Source: Leptospiraceae bacterium
GTDB lineage: Bacteria > Spirochaetota > Leptospiria > Leptospirales > Leptonemataceae
Reading direction: 5' to 3'
Assembly: GCA_040217195.1 (NCBI GenBank)
Contig: JAVJNR010000008.1
Span: 512,001 to 576,000 of the forward strand
Length of the DNA stretch: 64,000 nt
Each line of letters starts with the position of its first letter. Position 1 is the stretch's first letter. Positions 59,145-64,000 of this stretch are shown here, in pieces. A model generated the notes under the pieces. The model had not been told where the DNA came from, ran no database searches, and saw only the letters and a list, made by a program, of their open reading frames with translations. The position numbers and the translations under genes are program-made.

Positions 59145-61820
59145 ATGTCTATCAAAGATGCATCCCTAAAATCACTTAAGACTTCCGCCGGTGACGTAAA
59201 AATCCATAAACTGGACATTATTGAGAAAGAAGGACTGGGAAAACTGGATCAGCTTCCGTTCAGTATTCGCATCCTGCTGGAAACAGCTATTCGTAATCTG
59301 GATGGTTATCGCGTTGAGGAAAAAGACATCCATTCCGTGGCTGCCTACGATGCTCATAAGCCCTCTTCTAAAGAGTTTCCTTATTTGCCCGGACGAGTCG
59401 TCCTGCAGGACTTCACCGGCGTTCCCTGCGTAGTAGACCTGGCCGCTCTGCGAAGCGCCATGGTACGTATGAAAGGAGATCCGTCCCGAATTAATCCACA
59501 GGTTCGAGTGGACCTGGTCATCGACCACAGCATCCAGGTAGATTTCTTTGGTCAAAATGATGCACTGATAAAAAATATGGAGCGCGAATTTGAGCGCAAT
59601 CAAGAAAGATACGAATTCCTGAAATGGGGTCAGCAGGCCTTCCAGAACTTTGGAGTGGTACCTCCAGGAGCCGGAATTGTTCACCAGGTAAACCTGGAAT
59701 ACCTTGCAGGCGTTGTTTTACAGAAAGATGGAGTTGCCTTTCCGGACAGTCTTGTGGGAACCGATTCGCACACCACCATGATTAATGGTCTGGGTGTGCT
59801 CGGCTGGGGCGTAGGAGGCATCGAAGCAGAAGCCGTAATGCTTGGTCAGCCAATGTACATGCTTCTGCCTCAAGTCGTTGGATTCAAATTAATAGGCCAG
59901 CTACCCGAAGGTGCCACGGCCACTGACCTGGTTCTTACAGTAACTCAGATGTTGCGCAAGAAGGGTGTGGTAGAGAAGTTCGTAGAGTTCTATGGCCCTG
60001 GACTGAGTTCCATGGGCCTGGCCGACCGGGCCACCATTGCCAACATGGCCCCGGAGTATGGAGCCACCACCGGCTTCTTCCCGGTGGATGCAGAGACCCT
60101 GAATTATATGCTTCGCACCGGAAGAACTAAAGAGCAGGTAGACCTGGTAGAAGCCTACTACAAAGAACAGGGAATGTTTCGCACGGACAGCACGCCGGAT
60201 CCAGTGTACTCAGATTCTCTGGAACTGGATCTTAGCACTGTGGAACCATCTCTGGCCGGACCCAAGCGTCCTCAAGATCGCATTGCCATGACATCTCTGA
60301 AAGGCAAATGGAACGAATTATTGAAATCCTCTGTTAAAGATGGTGGCTACGAACTGGACTCCAGTGCCATTGAGCAGAAAGGTCATATCAAGAATGGTTA
60401 CGAAGCAGACATCGGACATGGAGATGTGGTCATAGCAGCCATCACATCATGTACGAACACATCCAATCCAAACGTTATGGTGGGCGCCGGGCTTCTGGCC
60501 AAGAATGCCGTTGAGAAAGGACTGGAAGTTAAACCATATGTAAAAACCTCTCTGGCTCCTGGATCTCGGGTTGTGACTGACTATCTGGATCGGTCCGGAC
60601 TAACCGAGTATCTGGATAAGCTTGGTTTTCAAACCGTAGGGTACGGTTGCACCACCTGTATTGGAAATTCGGGCCCCATTCCAGACCCAGTTGTAGATGC
60701 AATCAATGAAGGTAACCTGGTGGCTGCCAGCGTCCTGTCCGGTAACCGAAATTTTGAAGGCCGAATTTCCCCTCACGTTAAGGCTAACTTTCTGGCCAGT
60801 CCTCCTCTGGTTGTTGCCTATGCATTGGCCGGCACCATGGACATTGACCTTTCCAAAGATCCTATTGGAAAAGGTAAAGATGGTAACGATGTATTCCTGA
60901 AAGATATATGGCCTACCACGGACGATATTCACAAGACCGTGGCCTCCGCCATCGAACCTGAAATGTACACATCCAGGTACGGAAACGTCCGCGTAGTAAA
61001 TGAAATGTGGAATGATATTCCAGTGGCTGAAGGTCAGATCTATGAATGGCAGGACAAGTCTACCTACATTCAAGAGCCCCCTTTCTTCATTGATATGCCT
61101 CTTGAAATACCACCGCTGAGCGACATCAAAGATGCAAAATGCCTGGTAAAAGTGGCCGATTCAGTAACCACGGATCATATCAGTCCAGCCGGAGCGATCG
61201 CCAGAGACAGCGCCGCCGGACAATATCTCCAGGATAACGGCGTTGAAGTAAAGGAATTCAACTCCTATGGATCTCGCCGGGGTAATGACCGGGTAATGAC
61301 TCGGGGAACGTTTGCAAATATTCGTTTACGAAACCAGATTGCGCCGGGAACCGAAGGTGGAATTACCAGGCTGCTCCCCGAAGGTAAGCAGATGTCTATC
61401 TACGATGCAAGCCTGGAGTATAAGAAACGAAATACTCCGCTCATTGTGCTTGCAGGGGCAGAATATGGCACAGGTTCATCCCGGGACTGGGCGGCCAAAG
61501 GAACCTTTTTGCTTGGCGTTCGCGCAGTGATCGCAACAAGCTTTGAAAGGATTCACCGATCCAATCTCGTAGGCATGGGTGTTCTACCTCTGGTCTTTCA
61601 GGAAGGCCAGAGCCATGAAAGCCTTGGACTAACCGGAGAAGAGACATTCGAGATTCTGGGCCTATCTGATGATTTGAAGCCCCGCCAGGAACTGACCGTC
61701 AAAGCAGACGACAAAGAATTCAAGGTAGTTTGCAGACTGGACAACCCGGTGGAAATAGATTATTACAAGAATGGCGGAATACTTCAAACGGTCCTTCGAT
61801 CTTTTGTTAAGAATAGCTGA
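59145..61820 (+). CDS. acnA: aconitate hydratase A
   Basis: [67 protein letters not shown]. Confidence 0.98.
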   Translation: MSIKDASLKSLKTSAGDVKIHKLDIIEKEGLGKLDQLPFSIRILLETAIRNLDGYRVEEKDIHSVAAYDAHKPSSKEFPYLPGRVVLQDFTGVPCVVDLAALRSAMVRMKGDPSRINPQVRVDLVIDHSIQVDFFGQNDALIKNMEREFERNQERYEFLKWGQQAFQNFGVVPPGAGIVHQVNLEYLAGVVLQKDGVAFPDSLVGTDSHTTMINGLGVLGWGVGGIEAEAVMLGQPMYMLLPQVVGFKLIGQLPEGATATDLVLTVTQMLRKKGVVEKFVEFYGPGLSSMGLADRATIANMAPEYGATTGFFPVDAETLNYMLRTGRTKEQVDLVEAYYKEQGMFRTDSTPDPVYSDSLELDLSTVEPSLAGPKRPQDRIAMTSLKGKWNELLKSSVKDGGYELDSSAIEQKGHIKNGYEADIGHGDVVIAAITSCTNTSNPNVMVGAGLLAKNAVEKGLEVKPYVKTSLAPGSRVVTDYLDRSGLTEYLDKLGFQTVGYGCTTCIGNSGPIPDPVVDAINEGNLVAASVLSGNRNFEGRISPHVKANFLASPPLVVAYALAGTMDIDLSKDPIGKGKDGNDVFLKDIWPTTDDIHKTVASAIEPEMYTSRYGNVRVVNEMWNDIPVAEGQIYEWQDKSTYIQEPPFFIDMPLEIPPLSDIKDAKCLVKVADSVTTDHISPAGAIARDSAAGQYLQDNGVEVKEFNSYGSRRGNDRVMTRGTFANIRLRNQIAPGTEGGITRLLPEGKQMSIYDASLEYKKRNTPLIVLAGAEYGTGSSRDWAAKGTFLLGVRAVIATSFERIHRSNLVGMGVLPLVFQEGQSHESLGLTGEETFEILGLSDDLKPRQELTVKADDKEFKVVCRLDNPVEIDYYKNGGILQTVLRSFVKNS

Positions 61821-61828
61821 TCACAAAG

Positions 61829-62212
61829 ATGCGCATGGGAAGGATAAAGATGCAAAGAAGGCTAAATCTGCTGCTCGGGTTAATACTCTTCGCAGCTGGC
61901 ATTTCCTGTGGTGCAGAAGCCCATGAAAACCAGGAAAAGAGTATGAACGAGATCAAAACGATGATTGAGAATGGTGCGGCGATAATTGATGTGCGGTCTC
62001 CCATGGAGTATAATATGGGTCACTATCCTGAGGCTAAAAACATTCCCGTTACCGAACTTCAAAAAAGAGTCGATGAAGTTGGTCCAAAGGACCGGCCAGT
62101 TGTAGTCTATTGTGCTTCGGGAGGTAGAAGCGAAACAGCCCGCAACTTCCTGAAATCCATGGGCTATGAAACTGTAGTGAATGCCGGCGGACTATCCAGT
62201 ATGCCGCGGTGA
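61829..62212 (+). CDS. rhodanese-domain (PspE-like) lipoprotein
   Basis: Lipobox GISC; IDVRSPMEY, GHYP, YCASGGRS. Confidence 0.9.
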   Translation: MRMGRIKMQRRLNLLLGLILFAAGISCGAEAHENQEKSMNEIKTMIENGAAIIDVRSPMEYNMGHYPEAKNIPVTELQKRVDEVGPKDRPVVVYCASGGRSETARNFLKSMGYETVVNAGGLSSMPR

Positions 62213-63738
62213 CAGTATTCGGAAAAAAATTCAGGGGAGTTTCCCTGATTCAAAAGGCCTGCCTGATCCTTATTGCAGGCCTTTTCCTTTATAGAGCGCC
62301 AGCCTACGCTCCGGATACAGAATTCATAATCGGTGGCTTCAGTAGCGATACGGCCATTCCAATTCTGATGGCCAACTCGGATTACTTCTCTCCTTTCAGT
62401 CTTTATTACTGGGGACAGGACCGGTTTGGCTCCTGGCCTTTTCTGGCATTTCGCGCCCTTGGAAATAACTGGGATTATTATTCTATTTATCTGGGAATGT
62501 ACATCTACCTCCACCTGGGCTTCATGTACTTCTTTCGAAATCGCAACCCATTGCTTCTTACACTGGTATTACTTCTCTTGCACTTCTGGCGACCTGTATC
62601 CGGTTTCATTTTCGACATAGCCCAGCCTTATGGCTGGCAATTGGGTACCATCTTGTTCGCACTGGGGCTGACGGAAAGTCGCAGTCGAAAATGGCATCCC
62701 TGGCTTTATTTCTTTTTATCCTTTCTTGGCATCTGGCTCAGTCCCTCCAGCGCGCTATATCTTCTGGGTTATCCTTTTTTGAAGGGAATCGCCCGAGAAG
62801 GTCCTTTGCTAAGGCGAGCCATGGACGGATTGAGGAAATGCCTTCCAGTGTTTCTCGCATACTGGGGCCATGGTCTGTTGAGACGCTATGTAGTTCAGTT
62901 CAATGGAAATGCCTTTTATCAGGAATACGAAACCCCGCTACGATGGAAACTGGAATACATAGGTACTGCCTGGAAGGCCGTTCTCAATGACGTTCTAGAA
63001 AATTGGGAACTGGCTATCTGGATTGTCTCTCTGGGATTCCTGCTTTCCGTGCTCTCAGTATTCAGCCTGAGAAACCGAAGCTTTAGTCTCCGGCGGCAGA
63101 CAATGTCTGTGGCTTTACTCGCAGCTTCGGCGCTATTTCTACTATCAATCCTTCCTCTTAACTGGTTTACTTTGAATCAATTTGGTGCCAGATACCTGGC
63201 TCTACCTCGGTTCTTGATTCCAGTAGGATTGATTCTATTTCTATGGAATTTTCTGAAAGCAAGAGTGCCTGCCCTGCCCTGGTCAACTGGTCCACGGCCG
63301 GGCCCGAACCTGAGCGGCTTTGTTGCTTCATTGATTCTGTTGATTGTCCTGCTTCCCTCCATGCCCGAGCGCAAATTGTCTGAGCCGTTCGAGTACAGGC
63401 AGTCCATCGCAGCAGACCTGGAATCGAAGTATCCGGGGCTGCCACTTATCGGCAATTACTGGGAGACCTATGTTTATGCTGCTCTGCAACGTACCGCCAA
63501 TATACCTCAACCAGGTCACGGACAGTATCAGAGAACCCCCTTTCTATTACCCGATGTTCTGGCCGGGCAGCAAATACTGGTAAATCATGAAGGACTTCCG
63601 GCTACGACGATAAAAAACGGTATTCCGTTAGGAGAATTTCGCTTCCGCGGACAAATCTATGTTCTAAAAGAAGAGAACGTATTGAATCGAAACCCAAGAA
63701 TCTCGCTCTATGCAAAGAGCAGCGGCCAGAACAGATAA
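62209..63738 (+). CDS. polytopic membrane protein, possibly GT-C fold glycosyltransferase
   Basis: GTG overlapping upstream TGA; FSSDTAIPILM, YYWGQDRFG loop after TM1; many TMs; RYL late motif. Confidence 0.65.
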   Translation: MTVFGKKFRGVSLIQKACLILIAGLFLYRAPAYAPDTEFIIGGFSSDTAIPILMANSDYFSPFSLYYWGQDRFGSWPFLAFRALGNNWDYYSIYLGMYIYLHLGFMYFFRNRNPLLLTLVLLLLHFWRPVSGFIFDIAQPYGWQLGTILFALGLTESRSRKWHPWLYFFLSFLGIWLSPSSALYLLGYPFLKGIAREGPLLRRAMDGLRKCLPVFLAYWGHGLLRRYVVQFNGNAFYQEYETPLRWKLEYIGTAWKAVLNDVLENWELAIWIVSLGFLLSVLSVFSLRNRSFSLRRQTMSVALLAASALFLLSILPLNWFTLNQFGARYLALPRFLIPVGLILFLWNFLKARVPALPWSTGPRPGPNLSGFVASLILLIVLLPSMPERKLSEPFEYRQSIAADLESKYPGLPLIGNYWETYVYAALQRTANIPQPGHGQYQRTPFLLPDVLAGQQILVNHEGLPATTIKNGIPLGEFRFRGQIYVLKEENVLNRNPRISLYAKSSGQNR

Positions 63739-63838
63739 CATCCATCCGCGAAACGAATATCTTCTATCTATTAAAACTGTCCGGCAGGGTTAAGTTAGCC
63801 TCCGAAAAATCGATATTTAAATTATCGGAGCGCCAGGA

Positions 63839-64000
63839 ATGAAAGCATCTCAAAACCAGATCGAATCAGCCAATACTAATCCAGGAGCAACCAGTGAATT
63901 TCTGGCCCTTCTGGAAAGCGGAAATGAGCTACGCATTCGCCTGCGGGGACAGCTAAACCTGGACAATCATAGCAACCTGAGAGAGCTTTTGGAAGAGGTA
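63839..64000 (+). CDS. STAS/anti-sigma-factor-antagonist-like protein, truncated by window end
   Basis: ATG 63839, open to the end; IRLRGQLNLDNHSNLRELLEE resembles STAS beta2-alpha1. Confidence 0.55.
   Translation, partial: MKASQNQIESANTNPGATSEFLALLESGNELRIRLRGQLNLDNHSNLRELLEEV

Overview
A gene-dense 64 kb window of bacterial chromosome. Gene content (7TMR-DISM chemoreceptor, SH3 lipoproteins, large cNMP-domain protein, alternative complex III, cheY-STAS-cheA cluster) points to a spirochaete of the Leptospiraceae; this is inference, no search was run. Housekeeping genes include yggS, serA, pckA, trhO, cmoB, clpB, recJ, mtnB and acnA, plus tRNA-Arg(UCG), a wzm-wzt-GT4 locus, a class III adenylate cyclase, MscS and a chemotaxis cluster. 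No cas genes, transposases, integrases or phage genes were recognised. The main result is an ~11 kb respiratory operon (33707-44830). It encodes a complete alternative complex III (actABCDEF), an extra monoheme lipoprotein, and a cbb3-oxidase-like ccoN-ccoO-ccoP set. The CcoN is full length and keeps family motifs, but by manual alignment it has lost all six His ligands for heme b, heme b3 and CuB, so it looks like a conserved pseudo-oxidase. Two partner cytochromes also show His where the axial Met-Pro is expected. Other notable items are two non-coding tandem arrays (46 bp x ~6; 62 bp x 7 with ABC-ABC higher-order structure), a VapBC-like pair with a degenerate PIN site, a perfect 14-2-14 palindrome over a marR start codon, a eukaryote-type MtnB, a paraoxonase-like lipoprotein, and a repeat-bearing insertion in CmoB. 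All protein assignments rest on motif recognition by eye.
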